Shown piece by piece: positions 47,428-63,742 of a DNA stretch of 64,000 nucleotides (the first letter of the stretch is position 1; each line of letters starts with the position of its first letter). Below the pieces are notes generated by a model. It did not search any database, was not told the origin of the DNA, and worked only from the letters and a program-made list of their open reading frames with translations. Both the position numbers and the translations under genes were made by a program. The stretch comes from Salpingoeca rosetta. Lineage: Eukaryota > Protista > Choanoflagellata. The stretch is from assembly GCA_033442325.1 (NCBI GenBank), contig JAWQFM010000005.1, forward strand, positions 2,142,987 through 2,206,986, given 5' to 3'.

Positions 47428-47999
47428 CGGTACTCACACACACACACACATCCACGCACACACAGACACAGACACAAACACACACACCACCCTGACCTCG
47501 TCTGACTCTGGGTCGGGGTACTTGGTGTCGACGGGAAGATGGGCAAGGAAGTAGAGTGAGAAGTCACTGAAATGCTTCACACGCACGAGCGACATGCCTA
47601 TTGTGGTGGACGTGGTGATGTGGTGGTGTCATGTGCAGTCCAGTGTCGTGCGTGTGGTGGGGAAGAGGGTAGCAGGTGAGCCCAATGTGGGTGCATGAAC
47701 ATACAAACGAAAAAAAAAAAGAGCGCACACACGTACAAATGTACATGCAAAGACACACACACACACACACACATACACAAGCTGACTGACCAAACTTGTC
47801 CTTGTAGAATGCGAGGGACTTCTCGGGATCCTTGATGCGCAGCATGGTTTGGGCTGGAGAGCGGCAGTCATGGGCAGAAGGCATGGTATTCGTGTGAGAT
47901 GGCACATGGTTGATGGGTTGGTGGTGCTCCGCACTTTTCAGAAGATGCCGCCTCTATACACCCAAACAGACAGACACACAGACAGACAGACACAGATAC

Positions 48000-48034
<35 letters not shown>

Positions 48035-48043
48035 CACAAGCAC

Positions 48044-48094
<51 letters not shown>

Positions 48095-48120
48095 CACACA
48101 GACACACAAGCACACAGACG

Positions 48121-48151
<31 letters not shown>

Positions 48152-48721
48152 GCGCACACACACCATATCCACTGCAGTCTCACCAAAGGTGAACCGTTCC
48201 TGCTTGTGCGATTCAGCACGCTTCACAATCTCCACCCAGTAGCCTGCGTCGTGGTGGAGAAGAAGCGAGGGCGATGGGGATGCACCATTCGTGAAGGCAA
48301 TCACAGTCAAGCAATAGGCGTTGATTATAAGCAAGGGGCAGCCGGTGAGCCAACGTAGCACACTTGCGAGAGAGGGAAACACAATTAAACCAACGCGCAA
48401 CACCAACAGCGTGTGTGTGTGTGTATGTGTGTATGTGTGTGCATGCAGTTGGGCGTGGGCAGCCGCACCATCGGGGTCGTAAGCGAATGCGAGGCCCTTC
48501 ATGCGGCCCTCGTCCGGCTTCTTCTTGAAGGACACCTGCACCGCCGCCATGACGTGCACGTGTTGTCGACAACCACGCGGCAGTTGCAGCGTAAGTATGA
48601 GGGGGGATAGGCGGAAACACACACACACATTCAGATACAGATAGGCACAAAAGCACAGACAGAGAGACAGACAGACAGACAGACAGACACACACGCACGC
48701 ACACACACACACACACACACG

Positions 48722-48764
<43 letters not shown>

Positions 48765-49621
48765 ACGTCATGCTTCTCCAGGTAGTCACAGGCGGCGTAG
48801 ACGTCGTCGGCAAAGACGCAGATGTGTCCAAACCCACGCTTTGGTTCGTTGTTGCCAGAGTCGTAGTGGAAGTTGGGGTCTGTCTCAGTGCCGTGGTTGT
48901 GGGTGAGCTCAAGGCAGGTGTAAGGCATTGTCCACAGAAACTGCTCCGACTCCTTGGTTCCGGGCTTGGGCGCCTTCACGTCCTGCCAAAACAACACAAG
49001 CAAGTGCAAGTGAATGTGATTTTGGTTTGGTAGTGAGTTGGTTGCGCTTGTTGAATGAGCCCGTCACACGATGGGTTGAACGCGTAAGTCAGCGAGGCGA
49101 TGAGGAGCAGATGTCAGTGTTCTGCTCGAACGCAACGCTTGGCTGCAGAAAGGATGTCGGGAGAACAGGTATGCAGCCACTCTGTTGTACCTTGGGGAGC
49201 GTGGCGAGAAAGTACAGGCTGAACTTGTTCTCGGGAAAGTCGTACTTGTGAATGAGGCTGAAGCTGCGAGTGAACAACGTGTCATGTGGAAGTAGGTGAG
49301 AGTGTGTGTGTGTGTGTGCGCGTGGAGGGGGAGGAAGAAGGGGACGGCGATGGGCAGAGAAACAGCAGAAGGCAGCACACACACACACACACACAAACAA
49401 ACAAACAAACAAACAAACAAACACACACACACAAACACACACACACACACACACACAAACAAACACACACACAAACACACACACGCACACAAACACACAA
49501 CCAACCCAAGGAGCTCGGTGTAGAAGCGAAGGGAGGCGGCCGGGTCACGGATGCGCAGCATGGTCTGCTGCCAGCTGGCCCCAAAGGGGCGAGCACCAGC
49601 AATCAGGGAGCGAGCAGCCAT
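45902..49621 (-). CDS. GLO1: Glyoxalase I (lactoylglutathione lyase), fused two-domain form
   Basis: Two copies of QTMLRI(R/K)[34 protein letters not shown]..(L/I)[13 protein letters not shown]; Q/E/H/E metal ligands present in both halves; 12 exons. Confidence 0.96.
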
Positions 49622-49845
49622 CGTCTGACTTTGGGTGGTGGTGGATGGTGACAGAGAGCACTGATGCTGCTTGCTTCTTGCTGCTGCAAAAGAAATGAGT
49701 GTGCATGTCAGCGACTGAATTCAGTCGCTAGCAATTCCGCAGCGTTTTGCGGGTGCATTCTCTCGCCTCAAATCATCACACCACGTGCCAAGAAGCCCAC
49801 GCACGCCAAGAACAACAGCACACCCACACACCCACACCAGTCAAG
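49622..49845. promoter_or_regulatory. Putative bidirectional promoter between GLO1 and GNL3
   Basis: Divergent start codons only 224 bp apart. Inferred from geometry; no motif identified. Confidence 0.5.
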
Positions 49846-50300
49846 ATGGGGATGAAACCTGTGGCAAAGAAAGCTCGTAAGTCCAAGTTGGCATGTGTGT
49901 GTGTGCGCGCGCCATGAGGGTGTTGGTGTATGCTTGCGGTGGTGTGTGCTCATTTGTGGCGCATTTTTAAGACACGCACACACGTACACGTACACCCTCG
50001 TCTTCTGTTTGGCGTGCGTGGTTTTGATGGCGATCGATCTGCTCACGTCTCACACCGAACATCACCACAGGCTCGAAGAGCAAGCGTATCAAACTCAAGG
50101 ACAAGGTGTGTGTATGTGCGTGTGTGTTTGCGTGTGTACATGCTTGTTGGTGGGACAATCCTGCTGTATGTGTAGGAGACACCTGCCATCTCACTCGAAC
50201 TTGAGCCCACGCGTGCACTCTGTCTGTCATTCATGCACATGCGCTAACTACACACATACACACACATACACACACATACACACACATACACACACATACA

Positions 50301-50339
<39 letters not shown>

Positions 50340-52982
50340 CACAAAATCCGCCGCAAGGTGGCAGAACACAACCGCAAGCTGCGACGCAAGCAACGGCTTG
50401 AAGGAAAGAGCACATTGAAAAAGGACCCCGGCGTGCCAACCATGCACCCGCTTCGCAAACAGATTCTGAAGGAGGTGGAGGATGCCAAGGAGCAAGCCGA
50501 ACAGGAGAAGCTGCAGCGCCGCAAGATGCTGCGCGAGGCACGCGAGTCGCTCCGCTCCCAGACGCACGACCTGGCCCAACTGCAAAAGGAGGCTGAGATG
50601 CGCAGCCGCGTTTTCGAGACGGCCATGGATATGGACGAGGCCGATCCCGCAGGTGCCGCCAAGGACCAGTCCCGCCGCAACTTCTTCCGCCACTTTGCAC
50701 AGGTTGTTGAGGAAGCAGACGTCATCCTGCAGGTGCTGGATGCCCGCGACCCCATTGCCAGCCGCTCTGACATTGTGGAGTCGCTCGTGACGAGCTCTGC
50801 CTCGCGCAAGCGCCTCGTCCTCGTCCTCAACAAGATTGGTACGCGCACCCAATGCATGCGGTCATGGGAGGAGAACAAGGGAGGGAGGGGGTTTCTGTGG
50901 TTGTTGCGATTGTTGTTCTTGAAGCAGGTGGCGAGTGTCTCTTGATGCATCTTCCTGCCACGCACCACCTTGCGTGCAAAAAATGCCACAACCCACCCAT
51001 CTCCACCACGCCTTCACCTTTCATCTCTCCACCCTCACTTCACCTCACCCCATCCCCACCCCACACGAATGGCGGCTGTGCACGGATGCGCCTGCGTTGC
51101 TAGACCTCGTGCCGCGGGAGGAAGTGCTCAAGTGGGTGCAGCGCCTGCGCAACGAGTTCCCGACCATCATGTTCAAGTCGTCCACACAGTCACAGCGCAG
51201 CAACCTCACCCACACCAACGTGGGCGGCTCCGGCTGCTTTGGCGGCGACAGCCTGCTCCAGCTCCTTCAGAACTACGCCCGCAACAAGGACCTCAAGATG
51301 GCAATCACAGTCGGCGTCGTTGGTGCGTACGCAGGCGTGCTTTGTGTGTTGTGTGTTGTGTGTGTGCGTGTGTGTGTATGTGTGTGCGTGTGTGTGTGTG
51401 TGTGTGTGTGCGCGTGTGTGTGTGTGTTGGGCTTGATTGCATGTGCGAATGTACGCACGTTGGAAGTGGCTGCACTCTTTCTTGTCAAGGCATACGAAAC
51501 ACCAACCCAACCCAACTCCCCTCCCCCACCCCGTCCACGCCATGCAGGGTACCCCAACGTGGGCAAGAGCTCGCTGATCAACTCGCTGAAGCGCGCAAAG
51601 GCGGCGCAGGTTGGCGCTATGCCCGGCATCACCCGCGGCGTCCAGCGCGTCATGCTCACAAAGAAAATCTGCCTCCTCGACAGCCCAGGTGCGCGTGACG
51701 TGTGACATGTGACGTTTATATGAATAGGGTTTGTGTGATGATGTGTTCGTGTGTGTGATTGTCTGAACGACTTTGGTGTATGCCTTGTATTTTGGTTTCT
51801 CACTCTCCATCGTCATCAACCCTCATCACCACCGCCTTACCACCACCACCACACCGCCTCCCCCTCCGCCACCACTACCACCGCCACCACCAGGCATTGT
51901 GTTCTCGTCCAAGACGGAGGTGTCGTCGCTTGCGCTGCGCCACTGCATCCGCGCGGATGCGATCGAGGATCCCATCACCGCCATTGGGCAGCTCCTGCGC
52001 CGCTGCGACCTCACACACATCATGGAGATGTATGGCCTGCCACGCTTCTCCTCCACCATGGAGTTTCTGCAGCTGCTCGCGCGGCGACTGGGCAAGCTGA
52101 AGAAGGCCGGCGTGCCGGACATTGAGGCGGCGGCGCGGCAGGTGCTGCACGACTTCCACACGGGCAAGATTTCGTTCTACACAAAGGCACCGGAGAGCTA
52201 CAAGCCAGAGAACATGCTCAGCGCGCAGATTGTGTCGGGGTGGGCGCAGGAGTTCAACCTCGAGGCAATTTACGAGAAGAACAAGGCCGTTGTACAGAAG
52301 CTCTCGGGCGAAAAGGTACAACGCACTGGGAGAGGCAGGCCATGTTGTCGATGGAGGGAGGGAGAGGGGGTGGCTGTGGCACGCAGGGTGCTGGCTGGCG
52401 TGTGGTATCTAATGCATCCACTCTGAACGAGGTGGCGGAGGAAGAGAGGAAAGAAGGAAAAAAAAAAGGGGGGGGGCGAGAGCAGGAATGCATTACTGAG
52501 GCAGAGTGCTGGAAGCGATGCTCTGCGTAGCGCCTCAACCGCAACCTTACGCATGCCACCGCACCCTTTGTTTTCTCTCTCCGTCTTGCGTGCGTGTGTG
52601 TGTGTGTTTGTAGGCGCTTAAGAAGATGAAGCGGTTTGCGCTTGAGCCGACGGAGAAGCCCGCAGACGACGTCGGCGCCATCCGTATCACAGGTCAAGCC
52701 AGCTGTGTGTGTGTGTGTGTGTGTTTGCTTTTGTGTATGTGTGTGTGTACAGTGGTGCGGAATATAGACGCGCGCATGCGCGAGAAGCATTGACGCATGT
52801 GCGAGTTGTTTGGTCGTACCGCGCACCGCCAGATCGCAAGAGATCACTCATCACTCGGTGACTCACTCTCGTGCGCTGCTTGTTGCAATCTTGTTGGTTG
52901 CTGTGCTTCCACTCAAACAGGCGGCGCTGGAGGCGAGAATGCAGATGCCGGAGAAGGCGATATGGACGTGGGGGAGGAATGA
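49846..52982 (+). CDS. GNL3: Nucleostemin/Nug1-like circularly permuted nucleolar GTPase
   Basis: N-terminal KSKRIKLKDKHKIRRKVAEHNRKLR..KKDPGVP; VLDARDP, LNKID, GYPNVGKSSLINSL, PGIT, LLDSPG, GKLKKAGVPD. Confidence 0.93.
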
Positions 52983-53266
52983 GCACAGTGAATGTGCCAA
53001 GTGTTTGTTGGTGGTTGGAACAGACAGGCGTCTCCTTTCGGTGTTTACTACATATCCGGCTGCCAGAGTGTGTCGCGTGCGTGTGCGTAGCTGTTGTTGT
53101 GCGGTTCTGGACGCGTTGTTGGTGTCACATTGCACGTTTGACTGGTGTAACAACCTCTTTTCCCTCTTCCTCCTCTTCTTCTTCTCTTTGCTCCTGTCTT
53201 CCTGTCCCTTGTGCCTTTGATGACGATTAAACCTTTGCGCGCACCACTGACCGGACCCGGCTGGCA

Positions 53267-55292
<2,026 letters not shown>

Positions 55293-55639
55293 TGCGGCAC
55301 GCAGCGCAGTGCACGTGTGTTTGCAGCGGCAGCTGCTGTCTCTTTACGGTTGTTTGTTTATGTTGAAGGGGATAGGTGGTCAGTCAGCAATGCACACGAC
55401 AGATGGATGGAGCGAGTGTCAGCAAGAGCGGCAATGGAAGGTGAAGGGATGGATGGTACCCACAACAAGTGACAATGGGCGCAGAACAAGGGGGTAAAAG
55501 ACTGGCTGGCCAACACAACGTAACAACGCAGCTCGCTGCAGACGCATACACAAGCAAGCAAACTGCTGTGCACATACACAGATAGTACAGACACAGACAC
55601 ACGCACGCACAGACACACAGACACAGACACAGGCACACG

Positions 55640-55695
<56 letters not shown>

Positions 55696-55745
55696 CACGC
55701 ACGCACATACACACAAAGAACATGGCACGCGGGCACACGTGCAGC

Positions 55746-58486
55746 CTAGCTACAGAGGGGCTTGAAGCCAAAGGACTCGCCGCGATCGTGCGCGGCCTTG
55801 AGCTGCAGCGAACCGGAGACGAGCAGCATGATGGCTGCAAGGCCAATCACAAACCCCAGGATAAACGCAATCACAGAGGAGTTGCCCGTGCGCCGCACAT
55901 ACGAGTGGAGCAGGATCTGCCCAACAACAGAGGCGGCCGCAGCCAGGAGGAAGAGGGCAATGCCATAGTCGTAGGGCACGCGGTTGAGGATGACAAACTG
56001 GGTGAACGAGCCCGCAGAGGTGAAGAGCGTCATGTATGCCGTGGTCGCCGAGCTCACCTGTTTGTGGTGGACACAAGCAGCTGTGGTGAGCCCTGTCATC
56101 AAAGGGAAATGGAATGCACGCAGAGCCAGCAGGCTGGCCAACAGAGATGCAGGCAGACGACTGGATAGACTTACAGATACGCACTGCCACCTGGACAGAC
56201 AGACTGACTGACTGACTGACACACACACTTACATACAAGGACACACAGGCGTACACACGCGCGCAAGTGCAGAGCATAACAGCGACAAAGGCTCGCTGAC
56301 ACCACCAGCATCAACATGTCGCAGGCCACTCACGAGCGGGTGCATGTTGAATTGGAGGAGAAGAGGAGCGAGGACCATGCCGCCGCCAATGCCGAGGAAG
56401 CCAGCAAGCATACCGGCAACAAGGGCTGGAGGTGCGCAGTGGACGGCAGCAGTGTGAGAAGCACGAACATACGCCCTTGCGTGCGTCTGGGGCAGGAAAA
56501 ACCACGTCACATACACACATACAGATACACATACAGACAGACGCACACACACACACACGCACAGAGCACACAAACAGGCGGACACACGCACACAGACACA
56601 CATGCACACACATGCACACGCCACAGAGCACACAAACAGAAACACACACACACGTACACCAGTACGAACATACCAAAGAAGAGGTACTTGGCGACGCCGC
56701 CACCAATGTAGTCAATGTCGCCTTCCACAAAGGTGTAGTTGACAGCAAGCCGTCGCTCGTGGTGGCGCTTCACATACAGATACCCGCCAAACGTGCACAG
56801 CAGGAGGAAGCAAAACGTGGACACCTGCACGCCCCAGTACGCGCCATCACCGCACATGATGCCGGCGAGGGAGGTTCCCGAACCACCGCGAATCATGGAG
56901 AACACAATCACGCCGCCAAGTTCAAACAGGGTGATGAGCATCGGCGTCCACGGGATTGCGGCCTCTTCCTTCAGCAGCTTCTCCCGCGCCTCCTGCAGGC
57001 GCTGCTTGTCTGCCGTGCTCGAGCTCATGCCCTTCATCTCCACGCGCTCCATGCTGTCGTCGCTGTCGTTCCTGCGGCGGTTGTGCGCGCCATTGTCGTC
57101 AGCATCGTCGGCTGGGCCAGAGTAGTCCACCACCAGCACCTCCCCGCCGCTCAAGCTGCTCCTGCTGCGCCGCTGGGACTGCCGCTGCCGGCTGGTGGTG
57201 CTGCTGCTGCTGGTGCTGCGCGACATGCCTCCCTTCTTGGTGTCTTGGCTGGCGGCAGCAGTTGTGTCGGGGCCACCGTTGCTTGCTGCGTTGCCATCAC
57301 TGCTGGACCCGAGGGCGTCACGCTTCGCGTCCTCGCCCACTGTGTCGATGGTCTCCGTGGTGCCTGAGTCCTCCTCGCCGTTGACGCTGTTTGGATCGTT
57401 GATGCCGTGCTTGACAATGGAGCGGCGTGGCAGCGCCCGCGCCTCCTGCTCCTGCCGCCGCAGCTCACGGCCTTTGACAAGCGTCTTGAATGTCGTGAAG
57501 ACAAGCACGATGATGACAACAACCAGCACGAGCCAGTCCGGGGATACGGTGTTGAAGATGACACCCACGACGGTGCCGGCGAGGGCGAGCGGCAGCAGCA
57601 TGAGGATGGTGTCAAAGTCGATGACGCGGCGGTGTTGCGCGCCGGGCAGCGGGTGCCGCCTGCGGATCTGGAAGAAAAACTGCACAATGGAGGCGCCGAC
57701 AATGGCTGTGGACGACAGCGGGACGGCGTAGTATGGCGGGAAGAGGGTGATGACGCTGAGGATGGGGATGATGAGACCGCCACCGCCAATGCCGCCGGCA
57801 CTGGACATGCCCAGGAACACAAACAGGACAATCAGCGTGCCCACGTCCTGGCCCACGCCCGTCGAGCTGAACAGGTCCACGTGGTCGCACTGAAAGTCTG
57901 CGTGCGAGCGAACGCGGTTGTTGGGTTGGCATGCAGTAAGTGAGTGAGAGAGTGAGTGAGAGTGCGAGTGAGTGAGTGAGTGAGTGAGTGTGCACCTATG
58001 TGTCAAGATGTGTGTCCGAGTGTCTATGCAACGTGACACACACACACACACACACACAGAGCGACGGGGGAGGCACACTTGAGATGCCTTCTCCTGTACG
58101 TTTACCTGTTGTGTTGGTTGCCAAGTCCACGTCGCGGTTGCACAAGTACATTGGCGACGAGCAGTCATCGGGGCACCCTCCGGACGGACAGGTGTAGTTG
58201 TGTGTTTTCTGCGGGCGCAACACAAACATGCACACAGAGAGGTTGAGAGGGAAGCGCGGCATGCGTGCGAGGTGGCGGAAGACTTAGGAACAGGAATAGG
58301 ATTGCGACGAGGTGGAGGACGAGTGAGCATTTACGCAGAGGACTGGGGTGGGGGGATCAGTGCAATCGCCACAACAAACACACAGTGGCTTACGCAAAGG
58401 TTGCCGCTTGTGCCTTGCACTAGTGGCAGCAGCATCATGATGATGAGGCTGGCGCAGGTCGCCAAGGACAGCAATGACGGCGCCAT
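55746..58486 (-). CDS. TauE/SafE (TSUP/DUF81) family membrane transporter with signal peptide and short Cys-rich ectodomain
   Basis: Repeated motifs SSAGGIGGGGLIIP and GFLGIGGGMVLAPLL; VIDFD..LMLLPLALAGT..GV; SSATTAYMTLFTS. Exon 1 58486-58394 MAPSLLSLATCASLIIMMLLPLVQG; exon 2 starts at 58208. Confidence 0.88.
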
Positions 58487-60262
58487 TGTCTCTGATCAGT
58501 GGAACACTGTGCTTTTGTGTGTGCGTGTGTGTCCTGGGGGAGGGATACTGCTTGAGACGGCAGGCATTCATCATTGGAAACCAGAGAGACAAACGTGAGT
58601 TCCAAAGGCAATTGTTACGCAGTGGAAGAGAGAGAAAGAGAAAATGCGTTGTCACACACATACGACGAGCCGTGTCACATCACGGAGTTTGCGAACCAGC
58701 TCTCGTGTTCGTGTGTGCGTGCGTGCGTGCGTGTGTGTGTGTGTGTGTGCATGTGTGTGTCTTGTTGTGTTCGGGATGGGTGGCCACACGCATGCGTGGC
58801 TGGGTTGCGTCACCACCACCACCAGCACCACCACCACCACCAGCACCACCACCAGCAGTAGCAGAAGCACCACAACCAACCAAGCACGTGTGTTGTTTAC
58901 ATTATTCAACCAACAACAAGCACACGCTTGCACCTCCACCTCCATGCCATGTCTCACCTTTTCCTCGATGGATGTGCCTTGTTGATTACATGCGTTGTCG
59001 AGGGGGAGATGAGGGGAAAACTGCACTTGTTGCCACAGCGCAGCACCATGCGTGAGCTGGCGAGCGATCTCTCCAGGCAAAACCCAACACGCTGACGACT
59101 CCACTTGTCTTCTCTCTCGTTCGGCTGCTGCTGCGGCTTTGTTGCTTTCTTCGCTCTCCTGCCCTCCTGCGAATGCGCACCAACCAACCAGCCACAACCA
59201 GCCAGCCAGCCATGCTTCTTCTTGCTTGTGCCTGCGAGGTTTGGAGTTTCTTCGTCCAGTCAGGGTTTGCTGCTGCGGCCCCGAACGCTGCAACTGCGTG
59301 AAACTGAATTCAGTGCACAGGTGTGAAACTGAATTAAGTAGCGTGTGGGAGTGATGATGACGATGATGACTTTGCGCTGAGAGACGACACTGCTGCTGCT
59401 GTTGTTTCCCTTCCCTGAGCGGGCCTGTGCTATTCACGCCACAAGAAGCAGAAGCAGAAGCAGAAGAAGAAGAAGAAGAAGGGCGTGTTGTCTGATCACA
59501 AGACAGTACACACACCCTTTGCAGCCACCCCCACAAACCCACAGCCTCAGAGCCTCTTGACCTCATGAGAAGGAGAGGACTGCTCTCTCGTTTGGGTTCA
59601 CCCAGTTCTGACAATTCATTAAAAACTTCATGCAAAATTCTCATTAACGACAAACTCTCGAGCCGCCAACGACGTTCCTTCTTTCCACCCGCACATTGCA
59701 TTCACACCTGCTGCCGCTGGCTGTTCTCTCTTTCTCTCTCGCTCTCATTGCCATCATCGGTGGTTGGTGCGGTCTCACAGCAACATCGAGGGTTTGGGTA
59801 CCTCTCTCTCTCTCTCTCTGTCTCTCACTCACAGACACATACACACAAAGACAGACACACAGACAGACACATACTGTGTCTTCATCGACATCTGTTGTTG
59901 GCAGCCATTTTTTCGTTTCCCTTTCTGACCGACTGCCGACCTATCCAACCCTTCTTCTTCTTCTTCTTTTTCTTCTTCTTGTTCCTCCTCCTCGACGACC
60001 ACCACCACTACCACTACTATAGCCACCACATTGTGATTGGTGATTTGGCCTTCTTTTTTGGTGGCGGTGACAACACCCACGACAACAAAACAGCCAAGCG
60101 CAGGGGTTTGATCTCGACCGATCGATCGGGCCCAACCTGTGCACGTCAGCAGACGAAACCAAGCTCAAAACCAAGCTGATGGCCCGGCATCGGGCCAATC
60201 GTGCTGGCTCCTTCTGCCTTTGCGTTGCTGACACACGCAGGGCTGCAACAACGACAACTACC

Positions 60263-61284
60263 ATGTCTGCCACACGACCATCATCCCGCGTCAAGACGCC
60301 AACGGCATCTCCGTTGCCTTGGCTGCTTGTCGCACTGTTCTTCGTGAGCGCTGGCCTCGCATCCGCTGATACAGCGCCGTGCAGCGCCGGCTTCTACGCC
60401 AACAACAACAACACCTGCATCCAATGCTCAGCCGGTTACTAGTGAGTCTCACCTCGTGATCATGCAAGGCGTTAAATCACGTGTACCAGAGCGTTCACGT
60501 GCGTGCGTGCGCGTGGACATGTACCAAGGCGTACCAACACATGTGTATGTGACGCGCTGTAATTTGTGCCTACCCTTGGGTGATTCAATTCTGTGCACTG
60601 CATTCACAACCTCCTTATCCTCTCCTCCCCCCCTCTCTCTCTTTGCCCTGATCTTTGACCCTGCAACAGTTGTCTCGGGAACTTCGATGCCCCGACACCT
60701 TGCTCCCCCGGAACGGAGAACCCTCTTCCTGGACAAACGTCATCTGCCAGCTGCACGGTCGGCATTCCTTGTTGGGCTTTGCTCACCAGTTTACATCGCG
60801 CGCTGCATGCCTTTGACACATGAACACGAGCATCCCATGGGAGCGCACCACAAACATGACACACTTCTCATGCAACGATTCCACCCTGCTCACGATGATG
60901 TCTGGCTCTTTCTTGGCTCTTGGCTGACATGCTGGGCCGATCGCCTTCAAAAACACACGCACACACATACACACACACGCACACACACACACATGCACAG
61001 GCATGTGCGGACGGCGAGTACTCTGATTATGCAGCAACAGCATGCACGTCGTGCCCGGCAGGCAGCGCTTGCGCCGATCCGGCGGCGGCCCCAACGCTTT
61101 GCATCGCAGGCAAATATGCCCCAGCAGCTCAGACCGCATGCTTGGTATGAACTGTGGATGAGGCAGCGTCGAACCTGTGAAGCTATGGATGCGCTGCCTT
61201 ATATGAGCGCGTGTGCTTTCCTGGGCAACGTGCGTTGCTTTTGATATGCGAGAGTGCTGACGCCTTGGTGTGCGCGTGTGCGTT

Positions 61285-61334
<50 letters not shown>

Positions 61335-61731
61335 GTTGTTGTGTGTGTGTTGTGTGTGTGTGCTTGTGTGTGTGTGCTGTCATTGGGTGCACAGGACTGC
61401 CCTGCTGGGTACCGGTGCCCGATTGACGGGATGGGTGCACCGACTGCGTGCGCCGACGGCACCTACAGCACCGGCAACGCGGTACGCTGCTGTTGCTGGT
61501 GGTGGTGGTGGTGGTGGTGGTGGTGGTGGTGGTGGTGGTGGCTGAAGGTGGTGAAAAGTGGTTGAGGAGGAAGGTGCTTGTGCTTGTGCTTGTGCTTGTG
61601 CTTGTGCTTGTGCTTGTGCTTGTGCTTGTGCTTGTGCTTGTGCTTGTGCTTGTGCTTGTGCTTGTGCTTGAGCGTATATTCGAAAGTGAGACCGTGGCGC
61701 GTGATACTGTGTGTGTGTTTTGTGTGTTTAC

Positions 61732-61771
<40 letters not shown>

Positions 61772-63704
61772 GCTGGACTCACGCGTGTTTGTGGCTGGCT
61801 TGTGTTACAGACGACGTGCGATGTGTGCCCTGCTGGGTACGAGTGCCCCGACACGACCTCTGCGGTGAGTCGCCATGTGTGCGTGTGTGTGTGTGTGCAG
61901 CATGTGTGTGTGTGTGTTGTGAATACACTGGGTTTTGCTGGTGTGTGTTTGCTGTTGGGTTATTGCGTATTTCTGTGGGGAGGCACTGCTCTTGTGGGTT
62001 GGGCGATTGCGTGGTGTGCGTGCATGAAGTATCCGGGGGGCTGGTATGAAGTGTTGTAGGTGAGTGTGACGTGCTGATATGCTGACTATTTATATGCTCA
62101 CTGTGATCCCATGTGTGTGCGTGTGTGTGTGCGTGTGTGTGTGTGCGTGTGTGTGTGTGTGGACATGTGCAGGTTGAGTGCGGGGTTGGGTACTTCAGCG
62201 GGGAAGGGTCGACGGTGTGCGAGGCGTGTGCTGTTGGGTGGTATGCGAACACGACGGGACAGGAGGTGTGCGTGGAGTGCCCTGGCGGGTATGCGTGCAT
62301 GGATGCGAGTGCGACGCCTGTGATCTGTGGGGAAGGGTACTACAGCGAGGCTGGGAGCACATCGTGCGAGCTGTGCCGGAATGGGACAGCGTGTGGGGGC
62401 CAAGGCAACAGCATGCCTGTGACGTGTGGTGCTGGGACGTACAGCGGGTATGGGGCGGCACAGTGTGAGCCGTGCCCACTTGGCTTTTACTGCCCTGTTC
62501 CACTTCTTGGTACGTGTGTGTGTGTGTGTGTGCAGCAGGGGTGTGACGTCTGCATGTACGTGGGTGTGTGCTTGTGGCTATGGTTTGAGTGGGATGGCGC
62601 GCAGAGGAGACCATTGTGCTCCTGGTGTGTGTGGGTGCTGCCTTGTTTTGGAAGAAGTGGCGACGTTGGCGTGCAGGCGATGCTGTGTGTGATGTGGTTG
62701 TGCGAGTGTGGTTGGTTGGTTGCTTGTGTTGTGCATGCATTTCTGACGCTGTGCAATTGTTGCTGCTGTTGGTGTTGTTTTGCTGCTTGCGATACCCCTT
62801 GTGCTTTTGTGGATGCTGCTGCTGTTGTGTCTTGCAGGGTCACCACTTGAGTGTGGGTATGGCTACTTTGCAAACACGACTGGGCTGTTCTGAGTGCTAC
62901 GTGAGTGGGATGGTGGTTGTGGTGGTAGTTGTGATGCGTGAGTGGGATGGTGGTAGTGGTTGTGGTTGTGATGCATATTTGTTGTCGATGTTGTATGTCT
63001 TGTTGTGGTGGTGCGCTTTGCTGCTGTTTGCTTGTTTGTCGGTGCTTGAGACGATGTCATCTGCACATGTACACACGCGCACACGCACTCACCTCATACC
63101 ACCACCATTACCACCCCATTGTATGGATGTGTGTGCTTGTGTGGCAGGCGTGTGCGACGGGCCACTACAGCGAGCCTGGGTCTGACGGGTGCACGGCGTG
63201 CCCTGCAGGGACGTACTGCCCAACGCAGGAGGGCCCGCAGCGGCGGCCGACGGCGTGTGCAGAGGGGACGTATGCGGATGCGGAGGCGCAGACGTCGTGC
63301 ACGCTGTGCCCTGCTGGGTATGCGTGCTACGATGCGAGTGTTGCGCCTGTTGGGTGCGCTGCTGGGACGTACAGCGGGGAGGGCGCGACCAACTGCACCA
63401 CATGCCCTACCGGGCACTACTGCGAGGCGCTTGCTGATGCGCCTGTGGAGTGTTTGAGCGGGACGTATGCTGCCAGCGGGCAGTCGTCATGTGATGTGAG
63501 TATGTAGACTGCTGTATCCGTGGTCGTGCACATAGCGCACGCACTGTAGTGTTGACGTGTACGTGTACGTATACGTGTGCGTGTGCGCGCGTGTGCATTT
63601 GTCTGAGTTTAGTGTGTGCTTTCCTGGGCAACCTGCGTGTTGCTTTTGATATGCGAGAGTGCTGACGCCTTGGTGTGCGCGTGTGCGTTCGTTTGTGTGT
63701 GTGC

Positions 63705-63742
<38 letters not shown>

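Noticed and set aside
61574-61670. Regular short repeats as CRISPR-like or telomeric arrays
   Set aside because: Simple GTGCTT tandem with no spacers and not TTAGGG; intronic microsatellite.
62891-62893. In-frame TGA as selenocysteine, given PSTK nearby
   Set aside because: Read-through would not fix the phase mismatch, and the TGA is not at a Cys position; a 1-nt insertion explains it fully.
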